64,000 bases of DNA from Octopus sinensis (GCF_006345805.1 NC_042998.1:35464001-35528000); one strand, 5' to 3'. Shown: positions 38,883 through 53,496, counted from the stretch's first letter. The notes: a model not told the origin generated them from the sequence alone. Numbers and translations are program-made.

Positions 38883-40384
38883 TTTATCTTTTTCCTTTAT
38901 CGGTTACAGTCAGCAAGAATGATATGACTTATTTGCTCTTTCGTAACCTCGCTAATTGGGATAGGTTATTTTATTAGTATTTAGTGTACACCTTCTGGCA
39001 TGATGAGACTATGATTAGAATGAAAAGTTCTCTGCTCAGCAGTGCAAAAGAAATGTCAAAATTTTGCGTTTTATCAAACTGATGCAAAACTGGAAAATGC
39101 AGTTAAAACATTTCTTCAATTATGACTTGAAATATGTAGGTAAATATATACGTGTGGGTGTGTGCGTAGGTAGGTAGATACATATATAGAGAGGGAGAGA
39201 GAGATATGTTTTTGACCCCCAGACTGAAGATAAACTATTTTTACTTGAAATTTTTATAAATTTTTTTCTGATATTTGATAAGATGAGATTCATCATTGAA
39301 CCCGGTAACATTTTCTTTATATAATTTTCAAATCATTTTATTAAATTCCTTCTTAAATTGAAAAGTCTTAGATTTACTTCTATGCCATTTCCACCTCCAT
39401 CTTGAGCATGTATATATACATACATATACACGTAAATGTCGAACGATGAAAATGAGTGCTCAACACCGCATTTTGTTAAAAAGAGACGATGAGCGATGGC
39501 TAGAATTCTGAGCTTTATTTGATAACTAGTCGATCTAGCAAGAGGGGGCTTATATCAGTGAGGGGGTCGGTACGCATTGGTGCTGTCGAGAGGTAGGCCC
39601 CAAAACGGCGCGCATTCTCTCCTGATGACCCCATACACTTGCTGGCTTCTGGTATGCGGAGCTCTCGACCGGTAGCATTTGCAAGTGCAAGTTGTTTGCA
39701 AAATATCATGTTACCTTTTACTAGTTTAAGTCATTGGACTGCAGCCCTGCTGGGTAACCATCTTGAAGAATTTCAGCTGAACGAATCGACCCCAGTACTT
39801 ACTCTTTTTTAAGCCTGGTGCTTACTTTATCGGATTCTTTTGCCGAACCGCTAAGTTACATGGACGTAAACACACCAATGCAGATTGTCCAGCGCATTGA
39901 TAATTAATAAAACAGAAATAAAATTTTTAAATATATTCTCTCTGTGCGGCCCGGTACTGGCCCGCGGCTCCCTTGGTTGGAGGTCCCTGCCTTATCGTAC
40001 AAACTATTGATCCATGTCATATGCTATCGGACAAGTCTAGCACATCACTCTGGTCTTGTTAAAATAATTCAATCACTCATCAGTCAACCTAAGGACTTCT
40101 AAAACTTCCACAATTTCTTTTCTTTTTTTTCTTTTTTTTTTCGAAGAATCATTTTCTGTCAAGATCACAGCATTTCCTACTTTCCTGTATTTCTATACCA
40201 TTCACATCTGTTGAACCAAACCATTGTCACACGTCTCGCACAGCTTTCACCCGAAGCATCACAATCCAATTCTCGTTCAACTTCTAATGTCTTGTGCATC
40301 AATATGGGACTTGTATTTGTTTTATATCCCCCATCGACTCTTCTACTGTAAGCAATTTCTCTCCCCTCTCTCCCCCTCCCTGTC

Positions 40385-40421
<37 letters not shown>

Positions 40422-40760
40422 AAGCAAAGTAGCTAGTTAGAGAATCTCTACAAGAGTTGAAAGCCGTAACTATACTGAGAAGTATTGCTTATAAACTGAC
40501 ATGACTACCATATATATTTTCTATATATTGCGTATCCATCACCTAGGATGAAGACAAATAGCACGAAACCGTACGGTCTGGTGGTCTCATGGCTGGAAAA
40601 CGGTAGGAGTTCACTCCCCTGCTTGCAATATATATCGAGTGCAGATTGCATCGAATAACCAGCTGGAGGAGGCGCATCCCTGGAGTTAAAATTGTAGTAA
40701 CGTCGGTTCCTACGGAACAGCCATGTTGAAGTGGCGATAAACATTACTTATGTGTGTGGT

Positions 40761-41660
40761 GGTCACCCCATAAATAATACGTTTTTTTTCAGTTGCATGA
40801 ACTAAGTTTCAATTGCAAATTGCATCAACTAGCTATTAAAGCAGGTAGTAATTTTGCATTGTCGTTATTCTTAGTGCAAGTTTTGAAAAGTGCAGTTAAA
40901 TTTTAAGTTAGTTCTTCAAAGCCAAAATGGAAGTGACAACGGAGCATATTCGGCATATTTTGCTTTATGAGTTCAATAAAGGCAACATCGCAAGGGAAAG
41001 TGCGAGGAATATTAATGCAGTATATGGGGATCGGACAATAAGCGTAAACCAGTCTCAACGGTGGTTTCAAAAATTCCGAGCCGGAAACTACAGCCTAGAA
41101 GATGACCCACACCCTGAAAGATCTGTAGAGCTCGACAAGGACCTCCTGCAAATCCTGGTGGAGCAAAATCCCATCGTAACTGTTGCGGAACTAGCAGAGA
41201 AGCTTGGATTTGGCCATTCAACCATTCATCGACACTAGCACTAGAAAAAAAAAACGACCATCTTTGGTTTCAAGACAAAAAGTATTCTTCCATCAGAATA
41301 ATGCTCAGCCAAATACTGGGAGGATGACATTCCAAAGTCTGGAGCAGTTTGAATGGGAAACAATACCCCACCCACCATATTCGCCGGACATTGCTCCATC
41401 TGATTATCATTTAATCCGCAGTCTTCAAAATCATTTGGACGGAAAAAATATAAATTCTGTAGACGACGTCAGAACAGTACTGGAGGAGTATTTTTCGTCA
41501 CGGACAAGTTAATATTGGAAGAGGGGCCTTGCAAGTCTAACAGATAGGTAGAAGAGCATTGTAGAAAATGAAGGAGAGTATATTTTAGATTAATAAAGAA
41601 CTTTGATTATCTTAATTTTGAATAAAAGATTATAAAACCGCATTGTTTATGAGATGACTA
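40761..41660 (+). mobile_element. mariner (Mos1-like) transposon with internal deletion
   Basis: Imperfect TIRs ggtcaccccataaataatacg / cgcattgtttatgagatgact enclose a transposase relic. Confidence 0.85.
40927..41593 (+). pseudogene. mariner transposase pseudogene (HTH N-terminus fused to C-terminal part of the catalytic domain)
   Basis: HIRHILLYEF...QRWFQKFRAGNYSLED...AELAEKLG..HSTIHRH, then FHQNNAQP and HPPYSPDIAPSDYHL. The region with the first catalytic Asp is missing and in-frame stops are present. Confidence 0.9.
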
Positions 41661-42099
41661 TATATATATATATATATATATATATTATGTATGTACGGGG
41701 TGAGGTAAGACTATTCCAAAACCTTTTAAACTGCTGTAGTAACCAACAATAACTGACTATTAAGACCAAATTATACACAACACCATCTATGGTCACTCAG
41801 TGATCAAATATCGTAGATTATGATCACTCATAATTATGTACGGATTTAAAAAGGCGCCAGACCATCAGTTGCCTGAAAAATTGTGTGTGTGTGTAGCTAT
41901 TCAGCATTACACTGAATGTTTGCTCAATACTTTTTAGTAGAATATATGATAATTTTTTCAAGGTGAAGTTGACAGCGATTTCGAAGTTTCAGCTTGCTAG
42001 CCTTCATCAGATAGTCTAATAACAAGAAAACAGAAACTTAGAAGTTACTGTCAACTTTTTCCTTGTAAAAGTTTATATATATATATATGTCATTTGACC

Positions 42100-42362
42100 C
42101 TGTTATCTCCCCTATTTTCGCTCTTGCGTCTCACGTTTGATCTCTGACTTCTGGCCAGAATCAGATCGCCATGTTGAATCGCTAGCTTCTGCACGCATTT
42201 TTTCTCTCCGTGTTTCTTTTCTGTGTATCTTTCTGTTGAAGAGCGTAGGCTCGAAACGTAAAAGACTTGTTTTATTTATATTCCTGAGCGCCATACTAAT
42301 ACAATTGTTTGTTTGTACTCCACCTGCCTTCGTTTTTTGTTTATTTTCATAAAACTTCCCGT
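42100..42362 (+). mobile_element. Family P variant (related copy 37880-38065 on minus)
   Basis: tcttt-CTGTTGA-agagcgtaggctc-GAAA-cgTA-aaaga. The core deviates from CUGANGA. Confidence 0.6.
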
Positions 42363-43068
42363 TATATATATATATATATATATATAAAGAAAGAGAGTGC
42401 AAAACTAAATGCTGTTTCCTTCTTAGCAATTAATATTTACGTACAAGTTGACAGGAATGTATTTGATACGTAAATATCTCCTCAATGGTGATACACCGCT
42501 AAACTTGGTGGGTATTTAAGTAATGCCTTCTTGAATAGTTGGTAGGTTGAATGTAGCGCTGATGAAAATGTAATAACTCTTGAAACCTGCATATATACCC
42601 ATTACCTATTGCTTTCTATCTGCAATCGCATTGTTTACATAGATATGTTCGTATACGAAACGTCGTAACTTTCAGTACTGATTCTGAACTCTCCAGAAAA
42701 TCTGCAGAAATACAATTAGATAGATAGACAGACAGAGAGAGGAGAGAGCAAGATGTGAACATATAGCGAACATATAGTAGCCCAGACCTTATCAACTTGT
42801 CCAAAAAAAATTTAATGTCATTTATAAAACAGATAGGCCATATCTGAAATCAAAACTGCAGGGAATGCCGTGTTTCATGGCATTGTTAATCTCCATAATC
42901 ACGAAAAATGCTATGCTTTTAAATTAATTAGAAATATTTTGATATTATTGATCAAAATTTTGGCTTAGAAAAAATGATGAACAAAACCACTGCAAAGAAC
43001 TTCTACATCATTTGCTTTATTATTGATGGTGTTTGGGTTAAATCTGGCGATTTTTTTATCTCCTTTTT

Positions 43069-43524
43069 TCAGCAACAGCTTGCTGCGTTGGTTAACAGTC
43101 TGCGGCGTTGGAGAGGATAACGATTGAAGTTGGAGTTGAGAAAAATGCTGACATCATGACTGCTTCTGATGTTTGCTTGTTGAGCGAAGCGGTCTTCGTC
43201 CCGTCTGTAGTGGGGGAAGTCCGAAACGTGGTCCTTTGCTATTCGTAAGATCCGCAGAAGAGAAAGCAGGTCAACCCCCGACACCGAGAGCATCGACGGA
43301 TGGATGAATGCGCATCCAGGCTCAGCGGTTGCATGGGAAGTCGGGGACAAGAAACAGGAAGAAAGAGTGAGAGAAAGTTGTAGCGAAAGAGTACAACAGG
43401 GGTCGCCACCACCCCCTGCCGGAGCCTCGTGGAGCTTTAAGTGTTTTTGCTCAATAAACACGCCCGGTCTGGGAATCGAAACCGCGAGTCCGCTGCCCTA
43501 ACCACTGGGCCAATGCGACTCCAC
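43069..43524 (-). mobile_element. SINE family R head joined to a different GC-rich 3' segment
   Basis: 43345-43524 matches the R head. 43069-43345 is unrelated to the standard R tail. Confidence 0.65.
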
Positions 43525-43559
43525 TGATTGCTGATGTTCTGTGGTCACTGTTAAGGCTG

Positions 43560-43785
43560 TAAGATGTGACATGGACAGCTGCAACAGAGACCATGAAGTC
43601 GTGACCAACAGGAAGGAATACAAGAGGCTTTCTGATTGCGTCTACACGTGCTGTTTATCCCGTCTTTGAAGATGGCCATGTGAAGCTGCTGGAGACTGTG
43701 GTCAAACCCTAGCTTGAGAGGGTTGCTGCTGAAAGGCCATATGAGTGGTAGCCGGTTTCGGCTCCTTGCCATACCCCCAGAAAGA
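43560..43785 (+). pseudogene. Tc1/mariner-superfamily (maT/DD37D-like) transposase relic
   Basis: Manual translation KLLETVVKP*LERVAAERPYEW*PVSAPCHTPRK resembles the recalled motif ...W.QDSAPCHT. Confidence 0.5.
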
Positions 43786-44864
43786 AATATACAATTTATA
43801 TTCATTTTTAATGACCAAATCAAGCTAATTCCATGCATATGTTGTTTATCTAAAGAGAAAATTTCGTATGTATGCTCCGAGTCGAAATATTGGTGTAACT
43901 TGATATTCTGGTGACCAGATGAGATAGCCTTTTTTTTTATCTGCATCGATTTGTTTATGTATAATTCTATTGTATAATGCGAAGCATACATATTAGTGCA
44001 AACACGTAAAATAATTTATTATACACAAAAACTATTATAACATGATGAAGGCTGTGAAACGACCATATTCCTCCTAAGAATGGCGTAGTTAAATAAATAG
44101 ATTCACCTCTCAGACCTCCTGACTTTTTTTATGGTTTATATATACAAATATATACATTGCTGGCGTCATAAGAATTTTACAAACTTTCGAAAGAATATGA
44201 AATATTTTTTCCAATCTCAAAGTATATACATAAAGCTATAAATAACGGTATTCAAATATTGGACGTGTGTGTGTGTGTGTGTGAGTGATGCTTCTTATAT
44301 TCTCGAAAGTCAATGATAAAAGACTTCGCTAAAATGACATTCAATCTACATGCCTCTCTTATAAACATCTCTGCCGACATTCTGACTTTAATCATGTATT
44401 AATTGTATCACCAGAAATGAATAGTAATAATAAATGAATGAATCTATGATCGTATATTTAGAAAACTTCGATACAGTATCGCAGAAGATAAATAACACGA
44501 AATATGTAGCAAGGCGATAAAGCACGATAAACGCTGACTAGCATAAATCTTCCAGAATTGAAACACGACGCAAACGACATAATTTTTATCTATATTTACA
44601 GACAGGCTTAAAAAAAGAATCGGTAAAATATTACTTATAAGAGTTATTCGTTCTCTCACATAATTTTGTGTATGTGTGTTGCCTATTGATTCATTGAACA
44701 CAATAGAAATACGATATTATTCCGGCTGTATCATAAGGAATGTTGAATATAAAGAAGTGTTAAAGCAAAATGATAAGTAATAAAAAACAAATATATATTT
44801 TTAATGGTTTTTAAAGATCCTTTACAAAAATTACTGAGAATTCGATTTCCTTTACTGATCCACA

Positions 44865-45260
44865 GCGTGGCTGAGAGGTAAGAAGTTTGCTTAGCAATCA
44901 CATGGTTCCGGGTTCAGTCCCACTGCGTGCCACATTGGGCAAGTGTGCTCTACTATAGCCTCGGGCCGACCAAAGCCTTGTGAGTGGATTTGGTAGAGGG
45001 GAAACTGAAAGAAGCCCATCTTGTGTGTGGGGGTTTGTGTTTCGGTCCCCCAACACCGCTTACCAACCGGTGTTGGCATGTTTACGTTCCCGTAACTTAG
45101 CGGTTCAGCAACAACAAAAAACCACCCTCAGAATAAGCACCAGACTTTACAAAAAGAAAAGAAATACAGGGTTGAGTCATTCGACTAAGACTCTTCGAAA
45201 CGGTGCCCCAGCATGACCGCAGTCAAATGACTGAAACAAGTAAAACATAAGACAAAAGAT
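44865..45260 (+). mobile_element. SINE family C
   Basis: Head, CORE-like segment and tail match. Confidence 0.8.
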
Positions 45261-45338
45261 ATCGTTTACCGAGCGTCAACCTAATCCGTTCATTGTGCAC
45301 CTCCTCATGCTGTCCGCTTTAATACATTTATTTGAATT

Positions 45339-45413
<75 letters not shown>

Positions 45414-45786
45414 CAACATATAATATTGGTAAACAAACCCGAAAAACTTTCTAAGTTACGACGAGAAAGCTATTAAGAAAGATTCTAGCTGGGGCTAGCT
45501 CATCATTTTTCAGTCATTTGTTATTAATTTGCTGAAGGAGAAATACAGGAACCGAGTCTTTATGTATATTCCTTTGGCTGGCAGTAATATTCAAATTAGA
45601 TGATTTGAACGAAAGAGAAACAGAGCGAAGGAAAATCAGACCTGATTAGATAAATATTGTTCTATTCAATATACAAACGTGACCAAATTCCTCCCTGGGT
45701 CCACAAAAGCCAACAGTTTTTCTACTTAACTTTATTGCATGTATAATCCCACTGCATGCTCTCAACGGAATACATTTTGATTATCT

Positions 45787-46208
45787 TATTTCTTTACTGC
45801 CCACAAGGGGCTAAACATAGAGGGAACAAACAAGGACAGACAAACGGATTAAGTTGATTACATCGACCCAGTGCGTAACTGGTACTTATTTAATCGACCC
45901 CGAAAGGATGAAAGGCAAAGTCGACCTCGGCGGAATTTGAACTCAGAATGTAACGGCAGACGAAATTCCTATTTCTATTTCTTTATTACCCACAAGGGGC
46001 TAAACACAGAGGGGACAAACAAGGACAGACATAGGTATTAAGTCGATTACATCGACCCCAGTGCGTAACTGGTACTAAATTTATCGATCCCGAAAGGATG
46101 AAAGGCGAAGTCGACCTCGGCGGAATTTGAACTCACAACGTAACGACAGACGAAATACCGCTAAGCATTTCGCCCGGCATGCTAACGATTCTGCCAGCTC
46201 GCCGCCTT
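45787..46208 (-). mobile_element. SINE family M dimer, both units with tail A
   Basis: tailA-core|junction (cgaaattcc|tatttctatttcttt)|tailA-core-head. Confidence 0.9.
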
Positions 46209-48629
46209 TATCTGTTAAGCTGTGAAAGCTGATTCGATAGGGTACCAGACAACTAACCGTTGGTATGGTGTTCGTTGTGTAAGCAATACAGTGCCCTCTC
46301 GTCTCATTTCATTCTCAAATAAAATAACCGTTTCTATTATAGGCACAAGGCCTGAAATTAGGGGAAGGTGGGTAGTCGATAACATTAACCCAGTGCTCCA
46401 CTGGTATTTATTTTTAGATTCCGAATGGATGACAAGCAAAGTCGACCTCGGCAGAATTTGATCTCAGAACGCAAGCAGCATTTTGTCCGGCTTGCTAACG
46501 ATTATGGCAGTTTGCCGCCCTATTCACAGACAACATAATCCTTTGCACTATATGCACAATGCCTGGAATCTGGGGGGAGGAGGGGGCCAATCGATTACAT
46601 CGATTCCAGTGATTCACTGGTGCTTATTTCATCGACCACGAAAAGATGAAATGAGAAGTCGAATTCATTGAAATTTGAACTCATTTCATAGATAAAGTAA
46701 TACGACGCTATAATCAATGGTTGTCATGTAAATTTGATGAGAATTTTACTAGCTGATGGCAGTGAATACGGGTCCTTCCTTCAATCACAAACAACGGAAC
46801 AATGTTTTCGACTGTATCATAACAAATTTGCAATAAATAATTCTATAACGGTATACTAAAAAATATTTTTATTCATTCAGATATTTTATTTTATAAAATA
46901 CAGAGTGACAGCGTGAAGCAGTGATGTACATAAATACAAACGTGTTACCAATTCTAGTATTTTATTTTATATACTTTTCCATTTTAAGAAAACACGGATC
47001 TTCCAATTCTGCTTTCGTTGCAGAAAATATCATGAGTAGAATGTATATAACTACATATGTGAATCTGGAATGCGTTCTACAATTAATCAATTCATTGAAT
47101 TGTAAAATTCTTTTACAACTGTTCTGCAAAACGTATTTCAGAGATTCCTAATATCAATCTAGTCATAAGAAAGTGATCTCAATGAATAACCTGAACTTTT
47201 TATTTATCTTACACTTAATCTGCGGTAATTCGTTGATATAAACTCTAAGTAGCTGTAGTAGCTAATCTTATGAAATTACTGTGAAGACTTCAATTCTAAA
47301 ATAGAAATGCATCCTGGTTATTATTTTTAGTTTTTTAACCGCTGTTATATCCTTCATGAATATTGATTTCTCTATCGATATATCCCGTTGTATGAAGAAA
47401 CATCGGGCACGTAGATTGGCATTGATGGATTTAATTCTTAATTCCTTGAAATTATCTCCCCTTTTGTTTTGGGAGCCACGAACAAGGACCAAGTTTTTTG
47501 TCTTTCCTCTCTCAAACTAAAAGGGAGATTTCAATTAATTAGGAATTATTTTCGTACAGTCTTTACTTTGTCATCTTTTAATTTATTTATCCCACAGCAT
47601 ATCTTGGCTTTTGCATCCATTTTACTGAAACAGTTACACCGAAAACTTTATCAAACTAGTTTCATTGGGGGTGCAGTAAGACGCGGATATAACATGTAAC
47701 ACAGGTTTTCATATTGAAGTAAAAAAAAAAAAAAGAATAATAAAATCTAAGAAAACTGTAATCTTATTTACAAAGAATTAGTTCAGGTTAAGCAGGAAGC
47801 CAAAGTTAATGCATTAAAACGAATTCTTCGCACTAAACGGATCTGCAGATCCGCTTTACGTCAGTCACAGAGCTGACATTAATCAAAGCACTCGGTAGCA
47901 TTTGGGAATCAGTGAAAATATATTGTTGTTATTGTCGTAGTTGTTGCTGTTTTATTGTTGTTGTTTTATGTATCAGCAACACGTACTCGACTGTGCTCTG
48001 TATATATTTTCTCTATTCGCATATCTAAACAAGTTTTATTTGCTGATCTTTGTTATTTACTTGTTAAGCTAGCCAAGGGCACAATAAGTTGGTTGGCTCT
48101 TTTGTTTTCTTGCCCATTCGGAACAAAAAGTTTGAAATTTAATTTTTTAATTTTCAATACAAAATCCTGGACAAAATCCTGAAGTTTTCGGAAAACACAA
48201 ATCTTAAAGATCATGACGTCTTTAAAGATCAACCAGCTGGAAGGAAAAAGTAGGTGGTAAATCTGAAAGGCAAGTAAAGCTCTCCAGTCAATCAATGGAC
48301 GAAGACTTCCCCCTCTTCAAATACAAAGCCTAAAAAAAAAAAACACGAGAGGACTCAGCAGTAGTAAGAGCAACAATACCGCCATTCCGACATCAGCAAC
48401 AACAACAGGAACGAAACAGCATGTAAAGCAGTGAATCTCGACAATGAATGCAACACCATCTCATCTACTGCCGCCAAGCAGTATATGACAACAAAGAAAG
48501 CACCTACATTACTATCACTAATCACTACTGCTTCTATAGCTGCTAGTTTTGCCACCGCTACTACGAATCTGACCGCCCACTACAGACAAACAAGAGTTTT
48601 AAAATGTGTCTCACTGAAAAATCGACACA

Positions 48630-49120
48630 TGTAAATGTGTATATATCGCCACTTGGGTACTTGGGTAAAAAATGGGCGAATATAGATTTCATAACTAGGA
48701 TCCGAAACGTCAGCGCCGGCAAAGTACAATTTCTCAGTCAAGTCTTCGCAGTAAAACATTCCGTTGTCCCTTGAAGAAGTGAGGAATTTGTTTTCTTTCC
48801 AACAAACCAAAGAAGACAAATAACGAGGGTAAAGATATCTGGTGTGCCATCAGAGCTAGACATCTGGTGGGTTGTAGAGTGCGCTATCCTGGAAGGAAGT
48901 GACACTCTCCTGGGCGTAAAAATTATAGGCAAGAAAATTTATCCGGAAAAGGACTGAGGCTGTTATGACAGGTGAATCCAGAACACCTGAAAAAGATCCC
49001 GGATCTAATTCAGCGCTGAATGAGACTGAATCTGCGTCATGGTAAATAATAGAAAACCCTGTATCAAATATGTGGTGATGTCAACCAGTTGAAAACCTTC
49101 TACCCACAATAGAAAGCGAA
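48630..49120 (+). pseudogene. Highly decayed Tx1-like ORF1 fragment
   Basis: SAGKVQFLSQVFAVKHSVVP*RSEE and TRVKISGVPSELDIWWV align by eye with ORF1 of the element at 91-2344. A decayed knuckle reads VMVNNRKP..QICGDVNQLKTFYP. Confidence 0.45.
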
Positions 49121-49602
49121 GGCATGGATACTCCACTACTTCGTGATTATCTGATATGTATAAATGATGGCTCAACTTTTTTCTCCAGGAAACTAACTTC
49201 ACCCATTCTTTGACCCAGGCTGGTTGGTACAGGTCCTTTCGTTCCAGTAATTACGATCATAAAATTGAAATATGATAGTACCGAATCCATATATATATAT
49301 ATATATGTATGCATATATGTGTGTGAATGTATATATATATATATAACTGTATATTGGCTGAAACAGTTGTGTATCAGTTTGTGAAATGTCTTGCACTATT
49401 TACGTTCCGAATTCAAATCTTGTTTAGGAGTCAATAGGTGCAAGCATAACTTTGCAATGACACTTTTTTCAGTTAAATATTTGCGTCAGAAATACAATGC
49501 ACAAGTGATTAACCTGTCAGGCATTGTTGGCCAACAACGATATTGTTTACAAAATGCACTGTGAAAGAAAAGAAAGCAATCTCGCTGGACTCCGACATTG
49601 CT

Positions 49603-49691
49603 ATGACTGTGTGGTAAGAGTTCTGCTTCCCAACCATATGGTTCCGGGTTCAGTTCCACAGCACAGCACCTTGGGCAAGTGTCTTCAACTC

Positions 49692-49722
<31 letters not shown>

Positions 49723-49915
49723 CCACCGCTTGACAACCAGTGTTGGCGTGTTAATCTTCCCGTAACTTAGTCTATCCGTCTCTTTTGCCAAACTGCTAAG
49801 TACTGCTTTAAAGAAAATAAGTACTGGAGTCGATTCGTTCGATAAAATGTTCCTCAAATGGATTCCCCAGCATGGCCGCAATCTAATGACTGGAATATGG
49901 TAAAAGGTAAAAGAC
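49603..49915 (+). mobile_element. SINE family C, diverged and internally deleted
   Basis: Head, accttgggcaagt and ccagcatggccgca tail. Confidence 0.75.
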
Positions 49916-50620
49916 TGCTTTTCATTCTTCGGAATGGTCAATAGAATGAAAATCCGTTAAGAACTTGGATCGATTTAAACGACAATTCTTCCCCACTTCA
50001 TTCCAATAACATGATTTGTGGATATTTTTCTTATGCTAAAGTGATTATTATTATTGAGTCTTGTGTGAAAAAAAAATCAATATTTAATCGATGTAAATAT
50101 ATAAAGCTCTTGAGAAGCCAAGACCGCGACTTAGTGACAAACCCCGCCTCCCGATCAAATCTATACCACCTGACATGTGCAGTTTATACTATAGAAAAAG
50201 AAATGGACGTGACAACATCCAACATCTCGTAAAATATTCTGCATTTTGATATATTTGAAGCAGATCGATATCATTCGATATTTCGTTGACCACAAATGGT
50301 AAAGCGCCAAATTAAATGCACGTGAATAATCAGTTTTTGACGAGAAGATTTCGAGTACAAATCCTGACTCGGATCAGTTTTATCTATCGTCCTTCATGAG
50401 TCGATATATAAAATTGATATGCAAAATATTAAAATAGAAGAGCATGCATATATATATACATATATATATATATGCATACATACATAAGTATGGGATTATT
50501 TATGTAGTAAATGTATGTAGATATACGTGTGGGATGATTTCCATATCGACAGCTCACCACCAACATTGTTATAACATTACATGGAAATGCGAACATATAT
50601 ACGTGTGTGTGTGTGTGTGG

Positions 50621-50832
50621 TGTGACCGCGTGTGTATCGTTGGCGATTTTCTTTCTCCGTCTTCCCTTACTTGGATTTTTCCTTTTTCTATGTTTCTGAC
50701 GAAGAGCTCCGCTCGAAACGTTAAAATCCTTTTTCTTTCTTTCCTTTCCTGAGCGTCCAATAACACTATACTTGTTCCACGTCCTCGCGTTGTTGTGTTT
50801 TCTCATTGTGTTTTCATGTTTGGATTAACTAT
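50621..50832 (+). mobile_element. Family P hammerhead repeat
   Basis: ctgacgaagagctccgctcgaaacgtt at ~50696-50722. Confidence 0.75.
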
Positions 50833-50917
50833 AGATATATATATATGTGTGTGTCACTCACCGGTTCGATTTCCACTCATTTAGTTATTTTTTTCTATAT
50901 ATATATATATATATATA

Positions 50918-50998
50918 CAGTAATCCATCAACTATCGCGAGTGTTACGTTCCAAAACACCCCGCGATAGTTAAACCGCGATGTGGCGAGGGATTACTG
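50918..50998. mobile_element. 81-bp Tigger/pogo-like MITE
   Basis: TIR cagtaatcc...ggattactg flanked by TA. A longer relative lies at 55915-56122. Confidence 0.7.
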
Positions 50999-51449
50999 TA
51001 TATACATACATAGATAAATGATAGAAAATGTAATAAACGACCTCCTCTATTTAAAATACCTACAATTGCTTCAACATATTTTTACCGGTGAGATGTTGTG
51101 TAATCATTATCATCCATCTAAGGTGTAAAATGCGATTCTTCAGGTGATTGTTTAAATAAGTTCTATGTTTGAGCCTGCCATCACTTCACCCAATGTGAGA
51201 ATGCAAACCCAAAGCAGTGTGTCATTTTCAGCAATTTACAGACAAAACTAAACCGATAGACGTAGTGACAGACGAAATACAATTATAATCAAAATTCAGA
51301 AATAGACAAAAAAGCGTCAGGATGACAATAAATTACGATTCTATCTTCATCGTCTGATTATGAGGAAGAAAGTGCTTAACAGAATGAAGAATAAATTTAA
51401 GTATTTAGACACAGTAAAGTGATGAAAATAAGGAAGACGGAGCATTTAA

Positions 51450-51840
51450 AATAATAATAATAATAATAATAATAATGAAATTATTGCATACAGTGCTCAG
51501 GTGCACCACAACTTGTCAAAAAGTACGTATAAAGCATATGCAGTAATGTAGAAATGCCTGGAAAACGAACAATGTATGAGTCAGATACATGCTTGTGTGT
51601 GTATGGAGGGGAGAAAATCAAGTGTAGTGTTGGCGAATCTCAGGAAGCATGGAAGTTTTGAAGGATGCAGTGCTCCAACAACTAACAACTGATGCCGGCA
51701 GTTTGTTCCATGCTTCAGCAACTCTTAGCGTGAAAAAATGTTTCCGAAAGTCATGTGCTGTTTTCTGACTTTGTAAACATGTCCACGGGTGTTAGACGGG
51801 TGGAGTTTGAAAAGGTGCTCAGAGTTATTGTTTGTAAGAT
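51450..51840 (-). mobile_element. CR1-like LINE 3' end
   Basis: Minus translation SNTRGHVYKVRKQH..DFRKHFFTLRVAEAWNKLPASVV..., then 3'UTR ending in (tta)n. Confidence 0.8.
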
Positions 51841-52209
51841 ACTCTCTTTTTACTCTTTTACTTGTTTCAGTCATTTGACTGCGGCCATGCTGGAGCACCG
51901 CCTTTAATCGAGCAACTCGGCCCCAGTACTTATTCTATCGGTCTCTTTAGCCGAACCGCTAAGTAACGGGGACATAAACACACCAGCATCGGTTGTCAAG
52001 CGATGTTGGGGGGACAAACACAGACACACAAACACACACACGCACACATATATACGACGGGCTTCTTTCAGTTTCCGTCTACCAAATCCACTCACAAGGC
52101 TTTGGTCGGCCCGAGGCTATAGCAGAAGACACTTGCCCAAGGTGCCACGCAGTGGGACTGAACCCGGAACCATGTGGTTGGTAAACAAGCTACTTACCAC
52201 ACAGCCACT
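51841..52209 (-). mobile_element. SINE family C
   Basis: Full-length reverse-complement match. Confidence 0.85.
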
Positions 52210-52489
52210 TCCATACTTATCCACTGTTTCTTTGTTTCTGTGAAGAATCCGAATTATCCTCCGTCTCTCGTGACAAAAATACTGGCTCCCCTCTACCCCA
52301 GAATCGGCCTCAATTTCAAATTAATTTATTAGCGTCTAGTTTTTATATGCCTTTTTGTAAGGATTTTAAAAAATAAGTTGGTAGGTATCCTTACTCCCGT
52401 CCCCTTAAATATAATCTACACCCCTTACACATATTCTTTTATGTACCCACCAACAAGGTAGTTTATATTGTCTTATACACACACACACA

Positions 52490-52573
<84 letters not shown>

Positions 52574-52954
52574 CTTTTTATTACTATTCTCACTATTTTT
52601 ACTGTTTATATCAATATTAATATACGTTGGGTTAAAAGGCTAACCCATATACGATGTATATTTTTATATATCCAAACTTGTGTGTGTGTATATATATATA
52701 TATGCGTTAGGAAGGGCATCCAGCTGTAGAAACACTGCCAGATCTGACTGGCCTGGTGCAGCCTTCGGGCTCCCCAGACCCCAGTTGAACCGTCCAACCC
52801 ATGCTAGCATGGAAAGCGGACGTTAAATGATGATGATATATATATATATATATACACACACACAATTACACACAAACAATGTTTTATATACAAAAATATA
52901 TCCATTTTGATATGCACATTTATATATATATTTCTTACATTCTTCCTATATATA

Positions 52955-52999
<45 letters not shown>

Positions 53000-53458
53000 A
53001 TTATACTCACACATTCACCCACACCCATCCATACACAAACATGCCCATACGCGCGTGCATACACGCATATACACACGCGCACGCGCGTATGAAATTGATC
53101 TAGGAATCCAGTACAATAAAAGTTTGAAATAAAGGAACCAACAAAGCCGCTTCCACTTTATATAGAAATATTTCGGGGTTAAAAGCCCATTATCAAAACA
53201 AAGGAAATAGTGGCGAGCTGCTATCTTTTGTAGATACCAACGTGTCTCCATGCTCCATTTTCAGTTAATAAAAGGGTTTCAACTCCCGAAATGCTAAAAT
53301 AAAACGTAAACTTTTGACTAGTTTAGCTCGTGTTGTTATTCCATTATTTCTAACTTGCATTTTATTAGCTTCATAAAAACTATTTTATCTCTATTTTTTA
53401 AAAAATATTTTTGTCTTGTTCGTTTCTAAATAGTAATCAACATAAGTTACATCTGCAA

Positions 53459-53496
<38 letters not shown>

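Noticed and set aside
39500-40750. GC-richer patches at 39500-39700 and 40500-40750, including a ctgatga
   Set aside because: No matching GAAA or stems for a hammerhead, and no credible ORF or second copy in the window.
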